The notes: generated by a model from the sequence alone, not told the origin. A stretch of DNA of 63,909 nt, filler included, from Reticulomyxa filosa (GCA_000512085.1; 25 parts of 25 records of this genome joined end to end with filler, not necessarily neighbours in it); one strand, 5' to 3'. Positions 13,084 through 26,029 are shown, numbered from the whole stretch's first letter. Numbers and translations: made by a program.

Positions 13084-13750
13084 AGATAATAAAAAAATTG
13101 AAAGTTCAATCAATGAATATTCCAACATCAATTCCAATTCCAATTCCAATTCCAATTCCAATTCCAATTCTAATGCCAATGCTAATGCTAAAGTGGAAAC
13201 AGAACTGTTGAATCTGTCAACTGATGTAATCACACTTGGATTGACCGGGGACGACATAGCGCTAAGCGAGTACATGTACACGGGCAAATCGGAGAAAGGC
13301 ACGCGCACGCATTTGCTGAAGATTGTGACGAGCAAAGATGTGGTGTTCTTGTTCGAGACGATGGGTCTCGAGGACAATGAGCACTTGTACAACATCAACG
13401 AGTGCTTGAAAAGCTCGACACACAATCCGCTGAAGCAACAACTGAATATACATATCCCTTTGGAGGCGTCCTCCATTCTCTCCTCGCAACAGCTCAGGCA
13501 GGTCATTGTCATGTGTCCTTCTCGCACGCGTCTTTGGAATTGGAAGCTCTTTTATTCCATCGAACAACACGGCATTTCCATCTCCACTCTATTCCATAAG
13601 TGCAAAGATGCCGAAGAGTCCCTCTTGCTCGTCAAAGACACCAATTGTCATGTCTTTGGTGCCTTCATTGATACCACGTGGACTTGCACTACTAATTATC
13701 GTGGCTCCGTTGATTGTTTCGTTTGGAAGTTTGCTCATAAAAAAAATAAC

Positions 13751-13788
<38 letters not shown>

Positions 13789-14008
13789 TGAAAACACACT
13801 TTCTGTTTACAAATCTTCTGGCATTCAACCTTATTTCATACGCTCTGATTTCTCCTCCATCACTGTTGGCGCTGGAGAAGGGCCTGCCATTTATCTCGAC
13901 TCCGATTTGAATCTGGGAAGAACTGCCAAATGTCCCACCTTTGATAGTCCTCCTCTCACCTCTGATAACTTCACTGTTCTTGCCTTGGAAATTTTTGGGG
14001 TCGAGTAA
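13007..14008 (+). CDS. TLDc-domain protein (OXR1/NCOA7-like), 5'-partial, with poly-Asn tracts
   Basis: WKLFYSIEQHGISISTLF...LLLVKDTNCHVFGAF...YRGSVDCFVWKF...GAGEGPAIYLDSDL..G.TAKCPTFDSPPL...LEIFG. Confidence 0.92.
13019..13170 (+). repeat. Coding (AAT)n and (AATTCC)n microsatellites
   Basis: Seen directly; encode poly-N and (NS)n. Confidence 0.95.
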
Positions 14009-15041
14009 ATTGCATTTCTCCATAATTCAATTATACAATTTTCCCTCTTCTTTCTCTTTTTCTCTTTCTCGCAATTCGATACCAAAAAACTTATTCTTAT
14101 TATTATTTTTTTTTTCGTTGTTTGTCTTTGCGTGAAATTCTCGACATGGTCAATACGTTTCAACTTAACCACCAGTATCTTTTATCTCCTTGGACATTTT
14201 TCAAACAATTTTGAAAACATTATTGTAACTTATCTTCTAAAGTGGTATCTTTTGTAGCTTTCTTTTTAAAATAGAAAGATATAATCATTTCAGCTTGTAA
14301 GAAGAAAGAATATTTCGCTTAGCACGAAACGTGTAAACGTCGAGCAATCATTTGCTCAAAACGTGTCGCAAATGTTCTTCAAAGTGTTCAAAGTTAGTGT
14401 TTTTGAGTCACATCCGAGCCTTGCTCGAGCGAAATGAAAAAACAAGGAAGCATGCAAACATTATGAAGAGTCCTGGAAAATATACAGTACTGTCTTAGGC
14501 CAGTTTCATATTGAAACAAAAACGTCAATGGTCAAAGTGAAAACACTTGAAGATAAATTTTCTTCTTAGAATTTGTCACATTCTTTTCTTTTGCTAGTTA
14601 TTGTAACAACCTATTAGAGTATCTGAAAAGAACAAAACCTTTTGGAAAAAAAGTGTTAAACTAATGAAAATTATCGTTCCAAATTGAATATGATTTGTAC
14701 AGAAAAATGATACGGCGTATTAATTTCAGAAAATACTTTTTTGTTAAAAAATCGGCTTAAAATATTAAATAGCTGAAAAGTAATTTGTGCAATTTTGTGA
14801 GTCAAAAGCAAAAAGTAGTGCTTAAAAAAAATCCAATGTCTGTTTTTATTATCTTCATAAAGTGGCGTTTCATATGTCTTTTTTTTATAAACTGTAATAA
14901 ATGATTTTAACAAAAAATACTAGTTAAAATTAAAATTAAAAGTGTAAAACGAGTAGTCTTTGTTACTTGTTTTCAAAAAATTTAAAAAAAAAGGGTTTCT
15001 AAAGTCCTCACATTTTTTTTATTAAAAAAAAATCCTTTGAA

Positions 15042-16760
15042 ATGGAATTGGAGGAAAAGGAAATAGTGATCTTCCGAGTAAGGGCAATATTTTTGTTTTT
15101 CTTCTTGTTTATGTCGTCATTCTTTTTTTTTTTGTCACTTAAAAAAGGTTTCAAAAGCCGATGCCAAAAGAGTAGGCAAAGTATTGACCATGTATGGACT
15201 GGAAAATAAGGGATTGCTTTGGATTTTCTTTTCTCCAATTGAAAATAAGGAAGAGATACGAATGGAATGGAGGTCACAGGATATACGTATACGTTGTGAT
15301 CTTCGTGAAACAAAGGTGGCGAAATTGTTAGGAGAAGGGATAATCTCTGCGTCTCATGAAAATGGAATACAACAAATGATAACAATAGTTTTGGACAATT
15401 GTGATTTTGGAAATCTACTGCAAAACAGTGACTTGTGTAACGTAAAGGGTTATTTGCAACTCCATTTCCCTGATGTAACGGACCAAGTCACATTTGATAA
15501 TCTGGCTCGCTTGATTCAAAATGACAAAATAATGGTAATTCGAGGACTCCAAATCTGTCAGAAAAAGTTATCGTTGGAAAAGTTTAGAGCGAGTTTGCAA
15601 GCAACACGGATATTGAAAGAGTTGAAGTGGCCATGTTGTAGCAAAAAAGGTACGAATAAAAACATTGATCAATTAAAACAAGTGGTGAAAAGAGTATCCA
15701 AATTCAATTATTCTTTGCTTGAGTTTGGATGTGACTATTGTCCCAGTAGTGGATGTTTGTCGCCAATATTGCAATGGTGGGAGCCAATTAAACAACGAAA
15801 TTTAAAGTGGCAACAAAGAACTGCCAACACCACAGCGAACAATACTGAGCAAGATCAGAAGGAACAGTGGCGAAAAGGGAATGTGTCCATCTCAAATTGC
15901 AAAAGATATTCTTTCAAAGCACTTTGATTTCCCCCAAACTTATTTTGACGCTGCGCAAGATTTGTGCTATTGTGATCAATGCTGTACCAGACGCAAAGAT
16001 AACGACTATTATTTCCGAGGCAATCCCCCCATGAAGTATGTCATTCCAAGAGGGTGGGTTCGCATTGGACTCCAAGTTTTCAAAGGCAAGGCCGATGCCA
16101 ATAAAGTGTTTGACGAGTGGCATGTCGCATTTCATGGAACTGATGTCGATGGCGTACGGAACATCTTCCATTGTGGCTTGCAATTGCTCAAGCCTGGTGA
16201 TATCACATTGGGTGGAAATAAAGTGTCCATTCCTGAAGGGCATTTTAAGAGGCCTTTTGAAAGAATTAATCTATATACCAATGAAGGGGAGTTATTTGAT
16301 CCAAATCAAATCTTTACAAGTCCATCCATCAAGTTCAATTTTGTTTGTATTTGGTGCTTATATCTTTGTGTACAATTGCTTACACTTGTTCATCGGATAG
16401 ATACGCATCGCATAATTGTTATGCTCAATCATTCTATTGTGATCATCCTCAAAATTCGCAACGTCTTTTGTATGTGCAGTTTGGATTTCAAGTTATGTAG
16501 CAGACTCTTTTTTTTTTTTTTTTTTTTGGCCGATGTAATGGTTATGCATTTTCTTAGTGTATTTCTATGTTCAGGTGCGCCAAAGACCAGGATCATATTC
16601 AATTGGCCAGGAAACAGTTGGGGCGACATATGATGGAATTCTGCTGGATGAACATTTCAACAACAATGAATTGGAATGGTATACGAAAGAAAATGTTGGT
16701 ATTGTTATTTATGGGCTATTGATGAAAATTGAAGAAGTCAATACCAATACCCCATATTAA
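15042..16760 (+). CDS. NEURL4-like ADP-ribosyltransferase-domain protein with an uncharacterised N-terminal region; exons about 15042-15077, 15148-16332, 16401-16491, 16575-16760; one frameshift near 15875-15927
   Basis: CYCDQC..RGNPPMKYVIPRGWVRIGL...WHVAFHGT...IFTSPSIKYA...GFQVRQRPGSY...ELEWYTKE...IYGLLMKI matches the NEURL4 C-terminal ART fold. Confidence 0.85.
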
Positions 16761-17203
16761 AAAAAAAATTGCACGTAACATATGTAATGTTTTGCAAATT
16801 ATCCAAAAATTAGCTTTAAATTCAATACTTTTTGCAACAAATTATTTTTGCGAAAAAATTGAAATCTACAAAAAAAAAAAATGCTGTGGAAAGTCCACAA
16901 ATAAATAAGCTAGAGATTATTTGCATTCTTCTGCTCTAGTACACACAATATACTTAATTAAAAAACTTTGAACCAGATGTAAATGCGGATGAGTAATTAC
17001 CTTCATTTCTCAGTTTTAAATTTTTTGTGTTTGTTGTTATATGGGCATTACAACTAGATAATGACCAATTTTTGATCAAGGAATTTGAGAAGACTAAACT
17101 AATATCCTTTGTGTTCAATGATTACAACAACAAAAGAATGCCTAATTAATGTGTACACTACAGGACTGGGCGCTCCAAAAAAAACTAAAAAAGAACTTTT
17201 GAA

Positions 17204-17805
17204 ATGAATACCATCACATTACAATCAGTAAGTTTTCTTCATTTCCCATATTTTCTCTTTGTTGCAACGTGCTTAGCCAAATAAACAGTCAGAAAAACAA
17301 GTAGCGATAATTATTCAAACTTGGCTTCGAGTTTTGAACATCAAATTAGGATGGATCAATGATTTTGATAAAATTGTATCTAAATATGTTAAGTTGTATT
17401 ATCTTTTTTTCAAACTTTGAAATGAAATTGTGATAGTTATTAACAATCAATATTCAAACAACAGGCCAAATATTTTCGACTGTTAAAAATTTTGAAAGGA
17501 CATAACGACGCAATCCAAAGCATAAGATTCTCGCCAGATGGTCATAAATTTGTTTCAGCATCATGCGATAGAACAGTTCGTATATGGGATGTTGCATCAG
17601 GAAACCAACTTCAAGTTTTCAATGGACATTCTGGTTTTGTTTATTTTGCAGAATTTTCACCAGATGGATATAAAGTTATATCATGCTCACAGGATGAAAC
17701 AATTCGAATATGGAATACGACATCAGGAAAAGAAGAAATGAAATTGGGAGGAAATTTAGGTACAGTATGGTATGTGAATTTTTCTCCTGATGGTAAAAGT
17801 ATTGT
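17204..17805 (+). CDS. WD40 protein with lineage-type N-terminal motif, 3'-partial
   Basis: IIIQTWLRVLNIKLGWINDFDKIVSKY exon (17301-17387) followed by GH...WD repeats. Confidence 0.85.
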
Positions 17806-17980
17806 NNNNNNNNNNNNNNNNNNNNNNNNNNNNNNNNNNNNNNNNNNNNTTAATTAATTAANNNNNNNNNNNNNNNNNNNNNNNNNNNNNNNNNNNNNNN
17901 NNNNNTCTCTCTCTCTCTCTCTTTTCTATCACTTTCTGCCCGAAACTTTTTTTTTCTGTGAATATATAATAATGTAGTGA

Positions 17981-20398
17981 TCATTTGTTATCAACGTCGT
18001 CGTCATGCTCACGCCAAACGAGTTTGACATCTTCAATTTGTTTCATAAGAGCAGGCAGTTGAATCAAGGCAGAGGCATACCAATTCTTGTCGCCAAAGTG
18101 TTCAACAATGTATTGCCGATAAGGCTCCAAAACTGACTTGTACTTGTCCGAAGGCATTTGAACACAACTGATTACGGCACAAAGAGGCACGCCCAAGTCG
18201 ATCAGCTTTGCGCACATTGCAATTAATTTCGGAGCTTTCGCAAGCCACTCAAACAATGGATACTTGGCCAAATCTTCTGTCGGTTGAGGTGGACTTAATC
18301 CTTGGAAGTCGTATTCTGGATACAATTGTCGCGTTCTATTGTGTATACACGTATACGTATACATGTGTATATGTACATATATATATGTACATATATTTTT
18401 AAATATCTATTCTCTTCTTTTATGTATGTAATTTGTAAACCACAAAAGATAAAAAAAAAAAAAAAAAAATCTACCTTTACCACATGGATCGGTACAGGCT
18501 CAAAAAATCGCAAGCAAGCCCCGAAAATGCGATCTCCTGACGCTGGGGTCCACACGAACGTGAAAAAGATTGGCAGCGACGGAAATCGCGTCAAAAACAA
18601 TCCTGTGGGCAGACAAAAGTATTGCAACTGGGATCCCGTTGTCACAATTTCTGTATCGGCATGATCCAAAAAGGGGAAGCGATCAATGATTTTCGGTTCG
18701 AAGCGAAAGTTCACAAACGGATTGTTATCTTGACAACAAACAACAACATACATACATACAGCCTCTCTTCTCAAAAAAAAAAAAATTATATATACATTCC
18801 TTAAAAAAAAAAAAATGTTGTACAGTGACAATGACAAAATAACACACATACCCAAGTTTTTATTAGGCTTCTTTGTGTTGGTAGTAGTTTTGAACGTGGA
18901 CTCTTGGATCTTGTCTTTGATTTTGGAAAACCCTTGGGTGAGTCCTTTCATATTAAACCCGGGCAAAGTCTTGGATTTTTTGTCTTTCTCGCCATCAATG
19001 CTGTCCCTGTTCACCACAGTGTCCTGTTCTTGTTTGCTATCCTCTTCCAAAATCACCGAGGGCCGAGAAGCAGGGGCGCTCGCAGTAGAAGCAGTGGCAG
19101 TTGTTGTCGGTGTTGAAGTTGCACTAGTTGGAGTAGCAGCTACTGTTTCCTTCGTTTTTATGTTGTTTTCCTCGTGGAATTCCGTCTCCTTTTCCTCCGG
19201 CAATGTCTCACTCACGCCACTTGTTACAGATTGTTTCTTATCATGGCTCGAGACAAACTCGGAATCACTCGGCCCATAAATACCTTTTCAAAAAAAAAAA
19301 AAAAAAAAAGGGGGGAAGGAGACAAGAGAGGAACGTTACGTAAAAAAAAAAAAAAAATTATACGTAAGAAAGTGTGAAAGATTTCATCAAACTTGGGTAG
19401 GTCGTGTTGGGGGAGGGGAGGGAAGGTGAGAGGAGAAAAAAAAAAAAAAAAAGTACCATCGTAAGTCTGTTTTTCAGACGCTCGGATCATTCTTTCCAAT
19501 TCATCACTCTCCTCATCTTCGTTGGAGCTTTCCACTTCTGCTGTTTGCGATGTTTGTCTCGTGCTGTACTGCAAGTTGATCTGTTGCAACGAGTTCGAAT
19601 TTTGATCTCTTGGCTTGAGTATCTTGATGTCATTCCCCGATCCCTGGTTTTGATTGGGGAGCCAAGGACTGGCTTGCGTGGCGGTCGTTGATGACGTCGT
19701 TGTGGTGTGATCTGCAACTTCACTGTTGGCTGTGTACGTCGCAGTTGATTGTGTGGAAGATATCGTCACACTTTGCGATTTGCCATGAGTGTTGTTGCTG
19801 TTGTTATTATTGTTGTTGGTGTTATTGTTATTGTTATTGTTATTGTTATTAATATTGTTATTGTTGTTGCTATTGTTATTGTTATTCGTATTGTTATTAG
19901 TATTGTTATTGTTGTTGTTGTCGCTGATTTTTTCCTTCTGATTATTCCCTTTGTTCACGAGTTGAATGTCGAGGCCGCTTTTTGTTGTTGTCTTTTTCAA
20001 CGGTGTTTTTTTATTTTTTTCATGCCCTTTACCCCCCATTTTTTTTTGCTTGCGCTGCAAAAATTGTTGCTTTAGGTATTCTTTCAGTTCATTCTTTCGC
20101 TTCTCATGATTTTCAAATATCTCCAAAGATGGACTTGGGACACGAACTTTCAGTTCGTCTCCATATGATATCACCAGAAAATATTCTGCCAGGCGATGCT
20201 CTTTGGTCGGTGCCCCGTCTAACATGGTCCCGACTGTGGGTTTATTTGGGTGGCTCACTTGGTTAAACCTTTGAGCCGAAGAAACGCTATCTTCCCTGTT
20301 TTGTGTAGTTTTGTTTTGATTTTATTGAAGGAAACAGACCAAACATTTAAAGTAATAACTTGCCTTGGAGTGGGAGACCGTTCACGAAGTACGCTCAT
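17981..20398 (-). CDS. DENN-domain protein (Rab GEF; uDENN region) with low-complexity insertions, multi-exon
   Basis: RLAEYFLVISYG; FEPKIIDRFPFLDH...YFCLPTG...FFTFVWTPASGDRIFGACLRFFEP. Confidence 0.85.
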
Positions 20399-20671
20399 AT
20401 CAAAGATTATCTCTTTATAAACGAGTTTTCAAATGATTAATTAATACGGGAGAGAAAATTCTTCTTTCTACGTTCAACTGTTAAACACAACAAAGGTGTT
20501 TAACAATTTTAAAACTAATTTTTGATGAATTACTTTTTAAGCAGACTAAAATTCTTCCACAACCAAATTTCGATCTCTTTTAATAAATTCCAAACAAAAT
20601 CAGATCCTAAAATATAATAACGTTCTAAAAACTTATTTTATAAAATTTAAATAATTAACTTATTAAATATA

Positions 20672-21574
20672 CAGTTGCGACAAAAAATTAGCCAACCCTA
20701 AAATATGGACTTTTTGTGTTTTTAATTAAAATTTTAGTAGCAAATTTTGATTATTTTTTTTTGTTTACTGGATATACGTTTACAATTTTGTAAGTATTTT
20801 GTAAAAACAATAAATAAAAATTTAGAAAAGTTGTTGGAAGAAAAAATTTTCAAAAATGATTGTAAAGTGATAGTGTTACTGTTGGACTTACTTTAGTTGA
20901 GGTCATAATTTTTTATCTAAACTTTTCTTTTTCAACATTCGAACAAGTTTTTTGTTTTTATTGTTATTCTTTATCTTCTAGTAATTATTCACAAGCTGTC
21001 TGAAATATAACAATAAATTTTATTTGAAAGAATACCTTGAGCAATGTGAATAACATTTTAAAATCTCAGTGTTTAAATGGTCGCATATTTCAAAAAGCTT
21101 CGTTTATAGTTCGCCAAAAAACACAAACTATAGACCAAAAGTTAGTATATAAAAGTTATTTTTTCCGATGAAACGAAAATAAATCGTTTCGTAATTGATG
21201 TAAAAGAATACATTTGGCAAAGACCTAATAAAATGATTTCCGATCGTACTACTAAGCCTACTTTGAAAGGTGTTGGAAGAAGCATGATTTGTGGGTTCAT
21301 AGGAGCAAAAAGAGTAAGTGATTCTGCCAAAATCACATGGACTGTTAACTCTGTGTTGTATAAAGAGATTCTCGCTGACGAAATGTAGAACTATCGTCAA
21401 TATTGTCTCGAAGAAAATTATCATTATGACTTTATCTTTCAGCAAGACAATCAATCTTATCACAATCAAATTCAACTATGTAATTTTTGGATAATCATCG
21501 AATAGCGCTCTTAGAATATCCTTCGCAAAGCACAGACCTCAATCCAATCGAGAATCTGTGTCGAATTATAAAGA
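20672..21574 (+). mobile_element. Degenerate Tc1/mariner (Tc1, DD34E-type) DNA transposon, truncated by the contig end
   Basis: FSDETKINRF (about 21161), FQQDNQSYH (about 21440), LEYPSQSTDLNPIENL (about 21511) with stops and frameshifts; putative left end TA|CAGTTGCGACAAAAAATTAGC at 20670. Confidence 0.85.
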
Positions 21575-21674
21575 NNNNNNNNNNNNNNNNNNNNNNNNNN
21601 NNNNNNNNNNNNNNNNNNTTAATTAATTAANNNNNNNNNNNNNNNNNNNNNNNNNNNNNNNNNNNNNNNNNNNN

Positions 21675-21710
<36 letters not shown>

Positions 21711-21814
21711 GTGGTGAGCAGGTCCCCTTTTTTGATGACTAGATGGCATTCAATCAATAAACATAGCCACATAGAAGAAATATGCAGTGAAAAGAAAATG
21801 TAAGCAAAACGAAC

Positions 21815-22920
21815 CAAAATCCAAAACTCAATACACCGTAATATCCGAAATATGGCAACATTTGCAGACAAAGGCAAATTCATCGCCCAATACACAATTT
21901 CGATCAAGTATCGCATATGCAATTCGGTCTTCATCATTTTGCTCCATTTTTGTTCGTTGTTCATAACTGACCACAGCCACTCAACGAATGTTGTCAATAC
22001 ACTCGCCGGTGGGCCATTACTACCAAATCCTGATTCTTCCACGTTTTTTATATCTTTTTATTATTATTATTATTTTATTTTTCGGTGGAATGTAATCACA
22101 CGTTATAATATGACCACGATAAACATGTACATATATTTACATATGTATATGTATATAAAGTATATATCCATATATGTGCATATGCATTTGTTTATCGCAG
22201 TGTGCTGATGTATTTACGATAAGATAAAATAAATAAGTAAATAAGACTAAGAACTCATTTTTTCATCGTCTGGTTTGGAAGAGGGGTGAACTAAATGTTG
22301 ATAGTCGTACGTGCATTGGTGAAAGAATTGCGGATAAAAGTGTTGAACAATAAATCGATACCAAAAATCAAAATCAAAGCTTTGCAACACTAGTTCTAAT
22401 ATCCTCTTCAGCATCTTGATCGAGTTCTCTTGATTCGGACGTCCTTTTCTCACCCATGGAATACGCTCTGGTGCTGTTCGTTTTGTTTTGTTTCGTTTTT
22501 TGCATATGTGTATATGCATATAAACATGCGCGTATACATTACATATACTGTGGACTGAAAAGGAAAATAGAAATATAATGATACCTATAATCAGGTCTTG
22601 CTTGAAATTTCTTTCACATTTGATAAAGGCCCCCTCCGTACAAAATGGTGTAAAGTCAACAGCATGTGCCAATAGCTCTACATTTTTGGGTGTCGCTTTA
22701 TCTTTACAAGCATTGACAATGACAAAAGCCAATGATATAGCCTCATATCGGACTTGTTCATTCGTTTCATAATGCAGAAACTTTGTCAACAATTCACTCA
22801 TCCCGGTACTATTCCATTTTTGAACCAATTGTTGTGGGATGTCTTGGCACAATGCAGTCAAGCAACTTATTATATCACACACTCGTTGTGGATTTTCAAA
22901 TGTCATGTCTTTTCCATTGT
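21815..22920 (-). CDS. RalGAP-alpha/RapGAP-like N-terminal helical region, partial, multi-exon
   Basis: QLVQKWNSTGMSELLTKFLHYETNEQVRYEAISL resembles the conserved RalGAPA segment (W..HSI..ILKKLLH.GN..KIR.EG..L); FDFWYRFI motif. Confidence 0.5.
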
Positions 22921-22922
22921 TT

Positions 22923-22960
<38 letters not shown>

Positions 22961-24759
22961 NNNNNNNNNNNNNNNNNNNNNNNNNNNNNNNNNNNNNNNN
23001 NNNNTTAATTAATTAANNNNNNNNNNNNNNNNNNNNNNNNNNNNNNNNNNNNNNNNNNNNATTCACAGAAATAAGAAAATTTATTCCAATAGATGAAATA
23101 ACATGCACAGCGATTATATCAGGATTTTTAATTAATTCAGTCTTTGGCTTTAACTTTACTCATACTTGCTTTTTTAAATCTTGACTTGTCAACTTTTTAT
23201 TTAAGATAAATTCTTTATTCCTTTATTTCACTAGCTTAATTCTCTTTTACGCTTAAATTGTTATTTTTTTGCTTATTTGAAAAAAAATAATAATAATAGA
23301 GATATTCAAATTGATAAAAATATTTTAAAACATCTTGTCATAAAGTATGCTTTTATATCACTTTAATTTAATGTTATTTCGTGTCTATGGAAAAAGGGTT
23401 TTAAATTATCGTTTGCATGAAAACACTCAGATATATCAAGTGTTTTTTTAAAATCAAATAATTTATTTTGTTGCTCACCATAATTCATCAAAAAAAAACT
23501 AATGTAAATAAAAAGAGACATGACAATTATTATAAATGATTAATGACAAAGATTATGCTAAATTTTTAAAAAATTGACACTTTCATAATTATAAAATAAA
23601 TCATATGTAAAGATAGTGTATGTTTTAATTGTACTTCTTCAAAATTTATTTCATCTAATTTATTTCATCTAATATATTTCATAATAATTTTACATTTTAT
23701 TTCATTTTTTATTATTTGTCAATTAGCGTTTAATTTAAATACATTTCAAATGATTATTTCTTTAAGATAATAAATTGAGAATAAACAATTTCTAACACGA
23801 AAGATAAATTTTATATTAAATTTTAATTGAACATTTTCCATTTTTTTTTTGTTTTAAATACTTTTTTTTAGGCATTCATCTTCAATCAAATAAATCTTTT
23901 CTACATTTTTATATTCAAAAATTTTTTTATTCTGTATGAACTTAAGGCATAAAAAAAGTCATCAAAATAGTTCGATGCATAAAAAAAAATGTTATTAGGT
24001 TTTTATAATTACAAAAAAAGATTATTTCAGACGTGTGCATTAATTAAAAACAGCACAACTTAAACAAAGTTTAGAAAAGAAATAATATTATAATGTTCTC
24101 ACGTCATCCTAAAATTTTTTATCGAATACTTAAAAGCTTAAGCAAATAACTATAATGTGTATATATATATCTTCATTGTAGATAATTTTTCTCTACTAAG
24201 TAAAATGCAAAATATAAATTGGAAAAGCTGATTATTAATGTTTAATTTGATCAAGTCATATTACTTAAAATTTCAATATAAATTTAGGGTAACACTTATC
24301 TATTCGAAATTATACTTTTTTTGCAAGATCAAATTAAAAATATTATTCTTAAAATGATTATACGTTAATAATTGCAATTTTTTTGTCTTTCATTCCTTTT
24401 CAAACAATTTAAATATTTAAAAAAAATTCGCAAAAAAAAAACGCACAATAATTTCAAAAAAATTGCACAATTGATTTTTTTCTTTACACTGAATTAATTG
24501 TCTTTTGTCATCTAAAAACAAACAATAAACAACCCAATTTAAAATTTGTCTTATAAAAAAAAAAANNNNNNNNNNNNNNNNNNNNNNNNNNNNNNNNNNN
24601 NNNNNNNNNTTAATTAATTAANNNNNNNNNNNNNNNNNNNNNNNNNNNNNNNNNNNNNNNNNNNNTTTTTTTTTTACGTAGCTTTGACTTTTCTAAGAAA
24701 AAAATTTTGAACCACAAGTTAAACTTTAAAAAAAAAAAAAAAAAAAAACGTATACATAG

Positions 24760-25795
24760 GACAGCGGACAGTGGAAAGTGTGGGAACAGTACACAACAGG
24801 TGAAGATGCAGGCAACACGCTGACGAACATGTGCGGTGGCACGACATGTTTCACTGTTGTGTCGGAGAGTGTGGCCAATGGAAATCGCACGGTTGTTTTG
24901 AGACGTAATAATGACGTAAGTAGTTCCAACAGTTTGGCGTATACGTTCCGCTCCACTGACGCGACGCTAGACACGGAATGGGCATTTGGATTGCAGTCTG
25001 ACTACGGGGACCACGGAGACAACCGGGGAGGCGCAACCCTTACCATGTCCGCCTCGGGGTCAGGTGGAACAACTACTCAATCGGCAGATGTGACGGAACA
25101 ATCGTTCTCACTCACAGAGCTTGTGACAGGAGTATTTTGGCTTAGCGCTTGGATGAACAAAACGCACATTCGATTTGAATTATACGGTCCACCAAACGGT
25201 TGGTTTGGGGTTGGCTGGTCCGACCATTACAGCGGAGATGCTCTTATTTATACCACCGGTTTTGTTTTTTTTTTCCTGGACCCTTTTTTTTTGTGGTTGT
25301 TTTTGTGTATGTCCCTCTCCGAACAATCCCGTTTTCAATTTTTTTTTAAAAAAAGGGTATACGAATGATCCTCCTCAAGCGTATGATTACACCCTGGGCG
25401 GCGAATCGACTTCGGGTGTAGCAAAAGACACATCGCAAGATTTTACTGTTGAGGCCAATACTGCGAATGAAACATATAGATACATTCGTGCGATACGGTT
25501 ACTCAACACTGGCGATCCCAAGGATGTGGCAATTGATTTTTCTAAAGCCTCTTTGGATATTTTGTACGCGTGGGGACCTGACTCGACGACTTTGGCCGAT
25601 CATGGTGGTAGCAATCGAGACACCAAAACAATTACATTTAGTGCTTCTGGTGGGTCTCTAAGCTCTCCAACGCATCTTTCAAATGTGTTCCACGACTATG
25701 AGCACGCGGCGATAATGTGGATCGCCTTTGGGGTCCTCATACCGGTTAGTGTTATCATGAGACGATACGGAAAACCGCTGAAACTCTATGGGTAG
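24760..25795 (+). CDS. Tandem DOMON domains + start of a cytochrome b561 domain (ferric-chelate reductase-like), partial
   Basis: GWFGVGW, R.LNTGDPKD, ILYAWG...DH, then HAAIMWIAFGVLIPVSVIMRRY (first b561 helix with His); intron about 25259-25356. Confidence 0.85.
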
Positions 25796-26029
25796 CCTTT
25801 TTTTTTTTTTTTTTTCTCCTGATCTTCGAACCGTCACTTTTTTTTGCAACTAATGAATATTCTTTTTTTTTTTTTTAATCTATTCCATCAAAAGAAAGCA
25901 ATACGTANNNNNNNNNNNNNNNNNNNNNNNNNNNNNNNNNNNNNNNNNNNNTTAATTAATTAANNNNNNNNNNNNNNNNNNNNNNNNNNNNNNNNNNNNN
26001 NNNNNNNAAATGTAAAATTATAACAAAGA

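Noticed and set aside
12958-13527. Antisense ORFs rich in poly-Leu/Ile/Phe/Val (also 19749-20075, 29347-29934, 40036-40635, 47603-48582)
   Set aside because: Shadows of low-complexity coding repeats on the opposite strand
23061-24565. Extremely AT-rich, ORF-free contig as an organellar or centromeric sequence
   Set aside because: No genes, tRNAs or periodic repeats recognisable; consistent with intergenic DNA
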